Positions 9,775 through 18,894 are shown, numbered from the stretch's first letter. The stretch is 21,490 bases of DNA from Promethearchaeota archaeon (GCA_016839745.1 JAEOTS010000036.1:1-21490); one strand, 5' to 3'. Numbers and translations are program-made. Notes: a model not told the origin generated them from the sequence alone.

Positions 9775-9866
9775 TTCTAGTTTACCTATAAAATTATTGG
9801 TTATATATATATTAGATATAAAGATAAAATGAGAAAATAACAATAATGAAAGAAAAAGAAAAAGTA

Positions 9867-11225
9867 TTATTCTAAATTAATTCGACCTATGGCTCTGAAT
9901 GGTAAGGCACTATTAAACCTATCATAATTATAGAGTCTTCTTCCATCTACAAGATTAGGAGTTTTCATATATTCTTTAAAATCATCGGGTGTTAGTGTTT
10001 TAAAGTCGTCCCATTCCGTTATCAAAAGAGTGCATTCAGAACCTTTTAAAGCTTGTTCTATAGAATTTGCATATGCTATTTTATTTCCCAATTCGAGTTC
10101 TGCGGTTTCATTTGCTTTAGGATCGTATCCAACGATGTCTTTGACTCCCCTATTTCTTAATTCGTTAACGACTCTTATACTGGCTGCTTGCCTCATGTCA
10201 TCTGTTCCCGGTTTAAAAGCCAGTCCTAACAATGTGATTCTCTTATTCTTTAAATCTCCCGCTAATTCTTCTGCTATATCCACAATTCGTATTGCTTGAT
10301 CATCGTTAATATCTAATACAGCTTTTAAGAGTCTAGAATGATAACCTTTTGATTTCGACCAAGCTCTTATTGCGTTGACATCTTTGTGAAAACAAGAACC
10401 TCCAAATCCTACTCCTGCTCCTAAAAATCGATCGCTTATTCGATAATCTAAGCCTACGCCCTTCATTACTTGGACTATATCGACGTTAGGCACCAATTGA
10501 GCGAGATTAGCAAATTCGTTAGCATAACTTATTTTTGTAGATAGAAGACAGTTATTTCCGTACTTGACTAGCTCAGCACTTTCTAAGTTCATCCGTAAGA
10601 TAGGGCAATTTTTCAGATGATCTCCATAGAAATACTCATAAAACTCTTGAAGCATCGCCCCACTTTTTTCATCAAATTCTCCAATCACGATTCTATCTGG
10701 TTTCAATGTATCTTCTATCGAACGACCTTCTGCTAGAAATTCTGGTTGCATACATAAACCAAAATCTTTTCCGGGAATTTTACCAGATACTTCAGTAATA
10801 ATCCTTCCAACTAAATTTCTTGAAGTTCCGGGAACCACTGTGGATCTAACAACAACAAGATGATAATTATTTTTTTGCTTAAGAGCTTCTCCTATTTCTC
10901 GTGCCGTGCTCTCAATATAGCCTAAGTTAATACTTTTATCTTCACGCATAGGCGTACCTTGAGTTATCATTGAGATATCCGTTTCGAGAATAGCTTTTAT
11001 GGGGTCAAGTAAACATTGTAATAATTCAGGTTTTTTTGCTTTAATATCGTTCATCATTTCTTGTAGGTCTGCCTCGTAAAAAGGAGCTATTCCATCGTTA
11101 ATCATGCTAGCTTTCTTCTCGTTGTGAGTAGATGCTAACACTTTTATGTCTTTATTGGCAAAACAGGCTGCTGAACAAAGCCCAATGAAGCCTGTACCGA
11201 GGATTGATACACTATACTTATACAA
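9867..11225 (-). CDS. ugd: UDP-glucose/GDP-mannose 6-dehydrogenase family protein
   Basis: GTGFIG, GTP, RSTVVPGT, PEFLAEG, AELVKY, GFGGSCFHKD (catalytic Cys), LGLAFKPGTDDMR, TEW and DGR motifs; TTG start. Confidence 0.92.
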   Translation of the reverse strand: MYKYSVSILGTGFIGLCSAACFANKDIKVLASTHNEKKASMINDGIAPFYEADLQEMMNDIKAKKPELLQCLLDPIKAILETDISMITQGTPMREDKSINLGYIESTAREIGEALKQKNNYHLVVVRSTVVPGTSRNLVGRIITEVSGKIPGKDFGLCMQPEFLAEGRSIEDTLKPDRIVIGEFDEKSGAMLQEFYEYFYGDHLKNCPILRMNLESAELVKYGNNCLLSTKISYANEFANLAQLVPNVDIVQVMKGVGLDYRISDRFLGAGVGFGGSCFHKDVNAIRAWSKSKGYHSRLLKAVLDINDDQAIRIVDIAEELAGDLKNKRITLLGLAFKPGTDDMRQAASIRVVNELRNRGVKDIVGYDPKANETAELELGNKIAYANSIEQALKGSECTLLITEWDDFKTLTPDDFKEYMKTPNLVDGRRLYNYDRFNSALPFRAIGRINLE

Positions 11226-11369
11226 TTTTTATACCACTCGAGTTATTTTATTCTTTAAAGTATCAGTTTTGGATCTTGTTAAAACTTTTTGGTTATTTAC
11301 AAATAGATTTATAATATAATGAAACTTGTATTAAATTTATGGTCTCTTTCAATGTAAGTTGGAAGTATG

Positions 11370-11391
11370 GGAATTCTTTGGGTAGAATTCC
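11370..11391. promoter_or_regulatory. Inverted repeat GGAATTCT-N6-AGAATTCC, candidate transcription-factor site next to a TATA-like TTTTAAAA (11395-11402)
   Basis: Perfect 8-bp arms with a 6-nt spacer in the divergent ugd / 11435 intergenic region, 43 nt upstream of the ATG at 11435. Confidence 0.4.
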
Positions 11392-11434
11392 AAATTTTAA
11401 AATTAAGTATGAATAAATAAGGTTAGATGATAAA

Positions 11435-12721
11435 ATGAATGACATTAGAAATAAATTAAAAATTCCAGACAATGCATTAAGGGTGATAAACGATTTTCTT
11501 CTTGATGATAAAAATCCGTTAATAAATGATCTCTTAACTATCATAGATAATTATGGCGGAGTAGAAGAGATTAATAAGAAAGCGGAGGAAGCAAGTAAAA
11601 TTGAGACCCTTATGGCACAATTAGAAAAAAACAATTCAAATTATGTTAAGGATTTAGAATGGTTGATTTCCCAACGGGATAAACAGGCTTTTATAAGCAT
11701 AGCAGATTATAGGAAAAAGATCTTAGGTGATAAAATGTCTGAAATGACCTTTAACGAGGATTTTGCTGTAACATTAGAGCTCTCTGCCTGCCAATACTTT
11801 CCTTTCTTGATGGATATGACAAGGGATGCAATTAAAAATCAAAAGTTAGTACCTGGCAGAATTATTCGCGTACGATATATGAAAGAACAGGAACAAGATG
11901 GTGATTTACTCGCTATGGCAGCAGCAATGCAAATCATTGGTTCGACATGGGTTGAGACTCTAGATACAAAAGGAACAGCACCTGGACCAGATGGTATGCC
12001 TGTAAATGTGCATCTTGGAGGACCTGATACGATTACCGGATATTTTGGCGGCGTTGGACAACCAAACGATTTTGCATTGAAATGGATTGACGAATTTCTT
12101 TATTATTACACAAATTATGGCATCAAACAAGTCCTTAATGTAAATCCTGGAACTGTATTATTAGGTTATTTTATCCATAAACTGGGCATTAATAATGAGT
12201 TTAAGATAAGTGTATACATGGGTAACGATAATCCATATTCTTGTCTTTGGACTTTGTTAACTGCTAAATTGTTTGCACGAGAGGATGGAACAAGTCCCTT
12301 AATCGGTTTTAATTTATCAAATTCTGTGAATAATGAAACTCTTGAAATGGCAGCTTATATAAGAAAACCATTTGGATTCGAGGATGTTGTAAGGCTTGAG
12401 CATCACATAACAGAAACCTGGAAATCGATAGTAAGGCAACCGTACGACAGAAGGGATGAATTGCTTGAATTAGCACATAAAGTGAAGAACGTGAGTGCCA
12501 AACACGAAGGAGCAGACGTTGAAGTTGATGAAAAGCGAGAACATCCTACAGATATTCTTGAATATTTCATGTCTAAAGAAGAAATTAAAGAGGCAGGGAT
12601 ATGGGAAGCGCTTCGCATAAACTTACTTGATCGATATGATGCTGTTAATACAACGGCTAAAGCATTAACTGAAAACGGATTAACTTTTATAGCTGCTAAA
12701 AATTTACATCACAGGGATTAA
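11435..12721 (+). CDS. Uncharacterised soluble protein, probable (beta/alpha)8 TIM-barrel enzyme; first gene of an operon with the DapA-Fae fusion
   Basis: 428-aa ATG ORF. About eight short hydrophobic strands end in polar residues (VTLELSA, RIIRVR, VETLDTK, VLNVN, EFKISV, IGFNLS, RLEHH, SAKHE). 20-nt gap to the next gene. Confidence 0.75.
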   Translation: MNDIRNKLKIPDNALRVINDFLLDDKNPLINDLLTIIDNYGGVEEINKKAEEASKIETLMAQLEKNNSNYVKDLEWLISQRDKQAFISIADYRKKILGDKMSEMTFNEDFAVTLELSACQYFPFLMDMTRDAIKNQKLVPGRIIRVRYMKEQEQDGDLLAMAAAMQIIGSTWVETLDTKGTAPGPDGMPVNVHLGGPDTITGYFGGVGQPNDFALKWIDEFLYYYTNYGIKQVLNVNPGTVLLGYFIHKLGINNEFKISVYMGNDNPYSCLWTLLTAKLFAREDGTSPLIGFNLSNSVNNETLEMAAYIRKPFGFEDVVRLEHHITETWKSIVRQPYDRRDELLELAHKVKNVSAKHEGADVEVDEKREHPTDILEYFMSKEEIKEAGIWEALRINLLDRYDAVNTTAKALTENGLTFIAAKNLHHRD

Positions 12722-12725
12722 TTAT

Positions 12726-12731
12726 AGGAGG
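12726..12731 (+). promoter_or_regulatory. Shine-Dalgarno AGGAGG for the DapA-Fae gene
   Basis: AGGAGG ends 10 nt before the ATG at 12742, just after the upstream stop codon. Confidence 0.75.
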
Positions 12732-12741
12732 ATATATTTAA

Positions 12742-14232
12742 ATGGGTAAATTTGATTTTAGACCAACAGGAGTTATGCCTGCTTTGGTGACTCCTTTTAA
12801 CAAAGATGATGAGTCAATAAATGAAGAAAACCTTAGAAATCTAATAAATCACCTCATAGAACAAGGAGTTACGGGACTCGTGCCTGTAGGCACGACTGGA
12901 GAGTTCGTTAATATGACGTTTGAGGAAAGATTGAGAGTTATTGAAATTGTTGTAGACGAAACGAACGGAAGAGTTCCAGTAATTGCAGGAACAGGAGAGA
13001 CCGGAACGAAAATGGTAATAGACGCTACTAAAGCTGCAACAGATATTGGGGCTGATGCTGCTATTATAGTAACCCCATATTATTTAAAACCTAAAGCAAA
13101 GGGATTGTACGATCATTACTTCACGATTGCTGAAAAAACGGATATTCCATTAGTATTGTATAACATTCCAGCTTGTACTGGTGTAGAATTACCTTGGACT
13201 GTGGTAGAAGATCTAGTTGATATCGAAAATATAATCGCGATTAAAGATTCATCTGGTGATTATAAGTATTTTTCAGCATTATTGGAAAAAGTTAGTGATA
13301 AAATTTCTGTTTTGATCGGATGGGACGAAAATGTGTTAGGTGCTTTAGCTGGGGGTGCTGCGGGGTGTATACTTGGATCTGCTAATGTTATACCCAAAAT
13401 TTGGCTTGAAATTTACGATCATGTGAAAAATAATCGCTTGGAGGAAGCTCAGACTCTACAAAAAAAAGTTCAAAAGTTAGCTCGTATGCTAATTAATTCT
13501 GGAGCTTTAGGTGCGAAATCGTGTTTAAATATGATGGACGTTCCCGTAGGCACGACAAGAAAACCTATCATTTTAGGGGATGCACTTTCTTACGAATTAC
13601 AGGACGAATTTCGAGTCGAGTTAGAGAAACTAGGGCTACTAGAAAAGAAAGATATCAAATTTAAAATTGGTGAAAAAGAATTAACAAGCCGCTTTTACGC
13701 TGTAGGGGTAACCCCTGAAAAAATATCAGATTTTAGATTAAAAGTTGGGGAATCGCTTGTAGGAAATAGAGTGGAATTAGCACATATTGACTTGCTAATA
13801 GGAAGTAAAGACGGTCCCGTAGGAGATGCTTACGCTCGAGCTTTAACTCATCCAGCTAAAGGTCGAGAGGGATTGCAGGTAATCCTTGAACCAAATATGC
13901 AGGTTAAGCCGGCAACCATAATGATCCCTACAGTGAAGGTTACCTCTCTGCGACACGCGAGCTTAACTTATGGTCCCGCTCAAGCGGCAGTAGCAAAAGC
14001 TATAATGAAGTGTGTAGAGGATGGAATCCTACCTAAAGAAGCCGCAGACGATATTTTAATTATCGTAAATGTATTTGTACACCCGAGTGCGAGTGCTCGA
14101 AAACGAGTTTTCATTAACAACTATAAAGCAACTAGAAATGCGATTCGAAAAGCGATGGAAGGGTTACCAACGGTAGAGGATGGTATCGAAAACGCTGAAA
14201 ATGCTCGACATCCCTTCAGGAACGATCCATAA
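12742..14232 (+). CDS. fae: Fusion of a DapA/NanA-family class I aldolase (about residues 1-300) and formaldehyde-activating enzyme Fae (about residues 334-496)
   Basis: DapA part: PALVTPF, GTTGE, PYY, LYNIP (Y140), IKDSSGD (Schiff-base K168). Fae part from 13741: VGESLVG...AHIDLLIG (H348), KPATIMIP, GPAQAAVAKA, VFVHP, NNYKAT, terminal HPF. Single uninterrupted frame. Confidence 0.92.
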   Translation: MGKFDFRPTGVMPALVTPFNKDDESINEENLRNLINHLIEQGVTGLVPVGTTGEFVNMTFEERLRVIEIVVDETNGRVPVIAGTGETGTKMVIDATKAATDIGADAAIIVTPYYLKPKAKGLYDHYFTIAEKTDIPLVLYNIPACTGVELPWTVVEDLVDIENIIAIKDSSGDYKYFSALLEKVSDKISVLIGWDENVLGALAGGAAGCILGSANVIPKIWLEIYDHVKNNRLEEAQTLQKKVQKLARMLINSGALGAKSCLNMMDVPVGTTRKPIILGDALSYELQDEFRVELEKLGLLEKKDIKFKIGEKELTSRFYAVGVTPEKISDFRLKVGESLVGNRVELAHIDLLIGSKDGPVGDAYARALTHPAKGREGLQVILEPNMQVKPATIMIPTVKVTSLRHASLTYGPAQAAVAKAIMKCVEDGILPKEAADDILIIVNVFVHPSASARKRVFINNYKATRNAIRKAMEGLPTVEDGIENAENARHPFRNDP

Positions 14233-14235
14233 GTA

Positions 14236-14856
14236 TTATTTTTTCTTTTTTGAGTATTTTTTTTTATCCTCAATTTTTTTAATGATCAGATGAACGCCAA
14301 AATAAACTAAAATTACTCCGATCAATAACCAAAATGTAGTTAAAATTATTGGTTGTTCCCCTTCGGTTATTATCACTACGATAAATGCAATAATATTTAT
14401 AATACCTATAGCGATTGAGATTATTCCTAATATTTGGTTAGCTCGTTTTCTCATTTTATCGCTCTCTAAATACATATCTGCACCTATTAGAAATATTCCG
14501 TAAATAATGATAAATATGCCCACGAGGGTTAAAGGCAGTAAAACTAAAACTCTTAATTCATTGATTGCATCAAACCGTGTATCTGCCATAGCATAAATAG
14601 AACTGATTACTGGAATTATACCGTCGATTATTAAAATTAAGCCCTTAACTTTTACGCCCAATTTTGTTTGGGTAATTAAATAAAATCCGAAAAATATTGT
14701 AGTAAAGCTAAACACCATTAACGGAATTGATAAAATAATTAATATTCCTTTAGATAAATCGTAATCAAAAAACAAGCTCCAAATTGTTACTCCTGAAATA
14801 CCTAAAAAGATAACGCCTAAGACTGTTAAAAATATTCCTAAACTTTTTTTATCCAT
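14236..14856 (-). CDS. Integral membrane hypothetical protein, 6 TM
   Basis: 206-aa ATG ORF with six hydrophobic segments in three similar pairs and a basic C-terminal tail. Confidence 0.75.
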   Translation of the reverse strand: MDKKSLGIFLTVLGVIFLGISGVTIWSLFFDYDLSKGILIILSIPLMVFSFTTIFFGFYLITQTKLGVKVKGLILIIDGIIPVISSIYAMADTRFDAINELRVLVLLPLTLVGIFIIIYGIFLIGADMYLESDKMRKRANQILGIISIAIGIINIIAFIVVIITEGEQPIILTTFWLLIGVILVYFGVHLIIKKIEDKKKYSKKKK

Positions 14857-14964
14857 ATCTTAACTCACATTAATGGTTAATTTATATTTTATTAACTTTT
14901 AAAATTTCTAAGAATAATAATTAACAGACCATATTTAATCCTTTTATAATTGATAATCTGAACA

Positions 14965-15522
14965 TTGAAATTCTATTCAAATGATTTTATACTTGTAATA
15001 GTTTTAAAATCCAAAAATTTCAAGGAGTTGATTAATATAGCTGATAAAATTGTTGAATTAAAGGTTGGAGATCCTGCTCCAGATTTTTGCCTTCCGGATA
15101 AAGACAATAACGAAGTGTGTCTTAAAGATTTTAAAGGCAAATATACTATCGTCTACTTTTATCCGAAAGATAATACGCCAGGTTGTACCACGGAAGCTAT
15201 TGGTTTCACTGGAATTCTTACCGAACTTCAAAAATTAAACACAGAAGTGATCGGTATAAGCCCTGATAGCCCTGAATCCCACGCCAAATTCATTGCTAAG
15301 AAGGAGTTAAAAGTTACGCTTCTAAGCGACCTAAATAAGGATGTTATTAAGTCGTATGGGAAATGGGGTAAGAAGAAATTCCGAGGTAAGGAGTATTTAG
15401 GAGTTACTCGTAGTACCTTTTTGATAAATCCTGAAGGAAAACTTGCTTATATTTGGCCTAAAGTTTCTGTGAAGGGACATCCAGAGGAATTACAGAAAAT
15501 TTTAAAGGAGTTACAAAATTAA
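14965..15522 (+). CDS. bcp: Bcp/PrxQ peroxiredoxin; true start probably further downstream (about 15028-15037)
   Basis: LKVGDPAPDF, YFYPKDNTPGCTTEA (peroxidatic Cys), GISPD, RSTFLI and V.GH motifs. AGGAG at 15023-15027 argues against the TTG at 14965. Confidence 0.9.
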   Translation: MKFYSNDFILVIVLKSKNFKELINIADKIVELKVGDPAPDFCLPDKDNNEVCLKDFKGKYTIVYFYPKDNTPGCTTEAIGFTGILTELQKLNTEVIGISPDSPESHAKFIAKKELKVTLLSDLNKDVIKSYGKWGKKKFRGKEYLGVTRSTFLINPEGKLAYIWPKVSVKGHPEELQKILKELQN

Positions 15523-15541
15523 AGAGCAATTTTAAATAATA

Positions 15542-17647
15542 ATGGTGGAAAAAATAAACGATAATAAAAGTTTAGGGGAAAAAACAGAATTTTCAAATAA
15601 AGTTAATAAGCTCATAACTGAAAAAAGTCCCTATTTACTTCAACATGTTAATAATCCCGTAAACTGGTATCCTTGGGGCGAAGAAGCCTTCAAAAAGGCA
15701 AAATCAGAAGACAAACCTATCTTCTTATCAATTGGGTATTCCACATGCCACTGGTGTCATGTTATGGCGCACGAATCGTTTGAAGACCCCTATGTAGCAA
15801 AATTATTAAATGAAGCATTTATCTCAATTAAAGTCGATCGTGAAGAACGACCAGATATAGATAAAATCTACATGACTGTTTGTCAACTTATGACCGGTTC
15901 TGGTGGTTGGCCATTAACAATTATCATGACTCCAGATAAAAAACCTTTCTTTGCTGGAACTTATTTCCCAAAGGAAAGCCGATTTGGAAGAATTGGTTTA
16001 ATTGATTTAGTGAAACGAGTGAAAGATCTTTGGACTAACGAGAGAAAACAATTAGTAGATTCGAGCGAAAAGATAACTTTTGCATTACAAGACACAAATG
16101 CTGAATCCCCGGGAAGATCTCTTACGGAAAGCGTTTTGAAAAACTCTTATTCTCAATTATCGAGAAGGTACGATAAAAAAAACGGTGGTTTTGGTACAGC
16201 GCCTAAATTCCCCACTCCACACAATTTATTATTCTTATTACGATTTTGGAAAAGAACAGGTGATGAGGAGGCTCTTAAAATGGTTGAAAAAACACTTGAA
16301 AGCATGCGAATGGGCGGAATTTACGATCACATTGGTTTTGGTTTCCACCGTTATTCAACTGATCCTAACTGGCTTGTACCTCATTTTGAAAAAATGTTAT
16401 ACGATCAAGCATTATTAACTCTTGCCTATTTAGAAGCGTATCAAGCAACCGGAAAGGAGGAATACGCTAATACCGCGAAAGAAGTATTAACATATGTTTT
16501 ACGGGATATGGTATCTTCAGAGGGGGCTTTCTTTAGCGCTGAAGATGCTGATAGTGAAGGAGAAGAAGGTAAATTTTATGTTTGGTCGAAAACTGAAATC
16601 GAAGATATATTAGGAATAGAAGACGCTGAAGTTTTTTCAAAAATCTATAATATTGATGTAAATGGTAATTTTTTAGATGAAGCAACAAAAAAAAAGATTG
16701 GAAAAAACATCCTTCACTTGAAATCCGATTTAACTACACCCACAATTGACATCAAATTACTTAGAAATAAATTATTTGAAGTAAGAGATAAACGAATTAG
16801 ACCTCATAAGGACGATAAAATATTAACTGACTGGAATGGATTAATGATCGCAGCGTTTGCTAAGGCAGGATATGTTCTTAACGATCCTAAATACATTCAA
16901 GTAGCGAAAAAAGCAGTAGATTTTATTTTAAACAAAATGAAAAATTCTGAAGGAAGACTCTTACATCGCTATCGTGAGGGTGGAGCAGATATACTCGCAT
17001 TCATAGACGATTACGCATTCTTGATTTGGGGTTTGATCAACCTTTATGAAGCCTCTTTTGAAACATCATATCTTGAAGAAGCAATTGAATTAACTGAAGA
17101 ACAAATAGGGTTTTTCTGGGATTCTTCAATTGGAGCTTTCTTTTTTACGGCTAAAGACTCAGAATCGTTGTTAACGCGCCAGAAAGAGACCTATGACGGA
17201 GCGATTCCGTCAGGAAATTCAGCTGCAATGCTAAATTTACTAAGACTAGCGCAATTAACAGGCAATGATGAATATGAGAACAAGGCGGATCATCTTGGAC
17301 GGGTTTTTGCTGAAAGTGTTCGCGCTAATCCTGTAGCTCATAGTTTAATGATGGTTGCTGTGGATTATGCGGTTGGTCCTACATATTCCTTAGTTATAGC
17401 CGGAGATAGTGGAAAAGAAGATACAAATTTAATGCTAGATGAAGTTAGAAAACAATTTTTACCCAACAAATCTTTAATTTTTCGTCCTACGGAGGAGTTG
17501 AATCCAGAAATTGATAAACTTTCCAATTTTGTTCAATTCTTTGATAAATACGAAGAAAAGGCTACTGCTTTCGTGTGTATTAATAAAACATGTAAAGCAC
17601 CTACTAATGATATAAAGCAAGCAATAGAGTACTTAAACGCTAAATAA
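15542..17647 (+). CDS. yyaL: YyaL/SSP411 (SPATA20-like) thioredoxin-domain + alpha/alpha-barrel protein
   Basis: [81 protein letters not shown] and DGAIPSGN. Confidence 0.92.
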   Translation: MVEKINDNKSLGEKTEFSNKVNKLITEKSPYLLQHVNNPVNWYPWGEEAFKKAKSEDKPIFLSIGYSTCHWCHVMAHESFEDPYVAKLLNEAFISIKVDREERPDIDKIYMTVCQLMTGSGGWPLTIIMTPDKKPFFAGTYFPKESRFGRIGLIDLVKRVKDLWTNERKQLVDSSEKITFALQDTNAESPGRSLTESVLKNSYSQLSRRYDKKNGGFGTAPKFPTPHNLLFLLRFWKRTGDEEALKMVEKTLESMRMGGIYDHIGFGFHRYSTDPNWLVPHFEKMLYDQALLTLAYLEAYQATGKEEYANTAKEVLTYVLRDMVSSEGAFFSAEDADSEGEEGKFYVWSKTEIEDILGIEDAEVFSKIYNIDVNGNFLDEATKKKIGKNILHLKSDLTTPTIDIKLLRNKLFEVRDKRIRPHKDDKILTDWNGLMIAAFAKAGYVLNDPKYIQVAKKAVDFILNKMKNSEGRLLHRYREGGADILAFIDDYAFLIWGLINLYEASFETSYLEEAIELTEEQIGFFWDSSIGAFFFTAKDSESLLTRQKETYDGAIPSGNSAAMLNLLRLAQLTGNDEYENKADHLGRVFAESVRANPVAHSLMMVAVDYAVGPTYSLVIAGDSGKEDTNLMLDEVRKQFLPNKSLIFRPTEELNPEIDKLSNFVQFFDKYEEKATAFVCINKTCKAPTNDIKQAIEYLNAK

Positions 17648-18398
17648 GAGTCGGGTACTTTCCTACGGGAGCGACTAACACTACAAATTCATTTTTTCCA
17701 TCCAATTCCAGTAAAGTATCGAATTTCTTTTGTTCGTAGTAACCAATTGCGACTGTTCCTAAATCTATCGCTTCGCACGCAAGATACAAATTCTCAGAAA
17801 CATGACCCAAATCGACAGCTATGAATTTATGAGCAACAATAGTATATCGCCACTCGGTCCGATAAGGGATAGCAACCCAACAGAATAGTACTGCTCCTTT
17901 TCCGATAAACTTTTGATCATAAGTTAATTTGCCTATTAATTCTTCAGCATTTTCAATGTTTTTAATAAAAAGCAACTTATGCTTAAATGAAATATATCGA
18001 TACATACCAGGCTTAATCCCTTCTACTCGATTAATTATAAGATATGTCTCAAAAGGACTTTTAGCTCCCGCTGAGGGAACAGTTCGTAAAACACCTGTTC
18101 TATCTTTAAAAGCTCTCTTTACCCCTTGTGTACACCATAGCAAAAAAGACAATTCTTCAAGAGTTAACGACTCATCCGTATAATTTCTGCGACTCATTCT
18201 TCTATTAATGGCAACTATGAAAGGTTTTTTCCCAATTATGAATTTTTCAGGAGGAATTAAATCAATAAGAGATTTCGTTTCATCGTAGGGTTTTTGAAAT
18301 AATGGAAACGGTTTATTTTTTTTCTCGTCAGATTCAGGAACCTCTTTTTCGTACTCATCTTGATCAAAAAAATGTAAAAATCGTCGATTATTTTCCAT
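17640..18398 (-). CDS. SagB/ThcOx-family nitroreductase-fold FMN dehydrogenase (stand-alone)
   Basis: [48 protein letters not shown] and GTVAIG. Overlaps the yyaL 3' end by 8 bp (convergent). Confidence 0.88.
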   Translation of the reverse strand: MENNRRFLHFFDQDEYEKEVPESDEKKNKPFPLFQKPYDETKSLIDLIPPEKFIIGKKPFIVAINRRMSRRNYTDESLTLEELSFLLWCTQGVKRAFKDRTGVLRTVPSAGAKSPFETYLIINRVEGIKPGMYRYISFKHKLLFIKNIENAEELIGKLTYDQKFIGKGAVLFCWVAIPYRTEWRYTIVAHKFIAVDLGHVSENLYLACEAIDLGTVAIGYYEQKKFDTLLELDGKNEFVVLVAPVGKYPTLI

Positions 18399-18525
18399 AT
18401 GTTATTACCTAAGTTAAAAAAATGAATTACTCTATAAGATTCATCCTTTCCTTTTTAAAGTGTCGGAGTAACAAATATGGAAAGTAAATTGATTAGAGGA
18501 TAATAAATAAAAATAAATTTTTATA

Positions 18526-18894
18526 TTATTTTAACTTAGAAGATACGAGTTCTTCCATTTCAGTAAGTGTTGCCACTTTATTCATTTCTTCTTGTGATAT
18601 GAATACGGAAAGACTTCCGTTCTTCAAAATATAAGCAGAGGGGTATTTTGCGTCTTTAACATCGTATTTTTCTAAAAATTCATCCTTATGGAGAAATTCA
18701 GATTCTATACCTAGATCGTTAATGAAAGATTTCCATTCTTTTTTAGCTCCAAAAGTCCCAAAAGTAGTCTGACATAGATTGCATTGATATGTGCTAGGTC
18801 TTAACGCCTTATGCCAGAAATCCTTTACAGTATTTACTAATCCGGAATCAGCATTATATATAAAAATTAATTTCTCATCATTATTTTCGTTCAT
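18526..18894 (-). CDS. Conserved hypothetical protein with CxxC (YNADSG...HK...TYQCNLC)
   Basis: ATG at 18894 is preceded by GGTGA (18900-18904, minus strand), so the GTG at 18903 is part of the SD rather than the start. Confidence 0.75.
   Translation of the reverse strand: MNENNDEKLIFIYNADSGLVNTVKDFWHKALRPSTYQCNLCQTTFGTFGAKKEWKSFINDLGIESEFLHKDEFLEKYDVKDAKYPSAYILKNGSLSVFISQEEMNKVATLTEMEELVSSKLK

Noticed and set aside
1025-10299. Short alternative-frame ORFs 1025..1288, 3222..3611, 5685..5903, 8584..8793, 9034..9261 and 10030..10299
   Set aside because: All are nested within or antisense to well-supported genes and have no recognisable motifs.
5546-11225. GT87 + ugd as one glycosylation operon
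   Set aside because: Opposite strands and separated by three unrelated genes.
12742-13640. Calling the gene a lysine-biosynthesis dapA
   Set aside because: The Arg138-equivalent is Cys, the domain is fused to Fae, and there is no dapB, asd or lysC nearby.
17640-18398. SagB/ThcOx as a sign of an azole-RiPP cluster
   Set aside because: No YcaO, E1-like protein, transporter or Cys/Ser/Thr-rich precursor in the window; stand-alone SagB-like genes are common in anaerobes.
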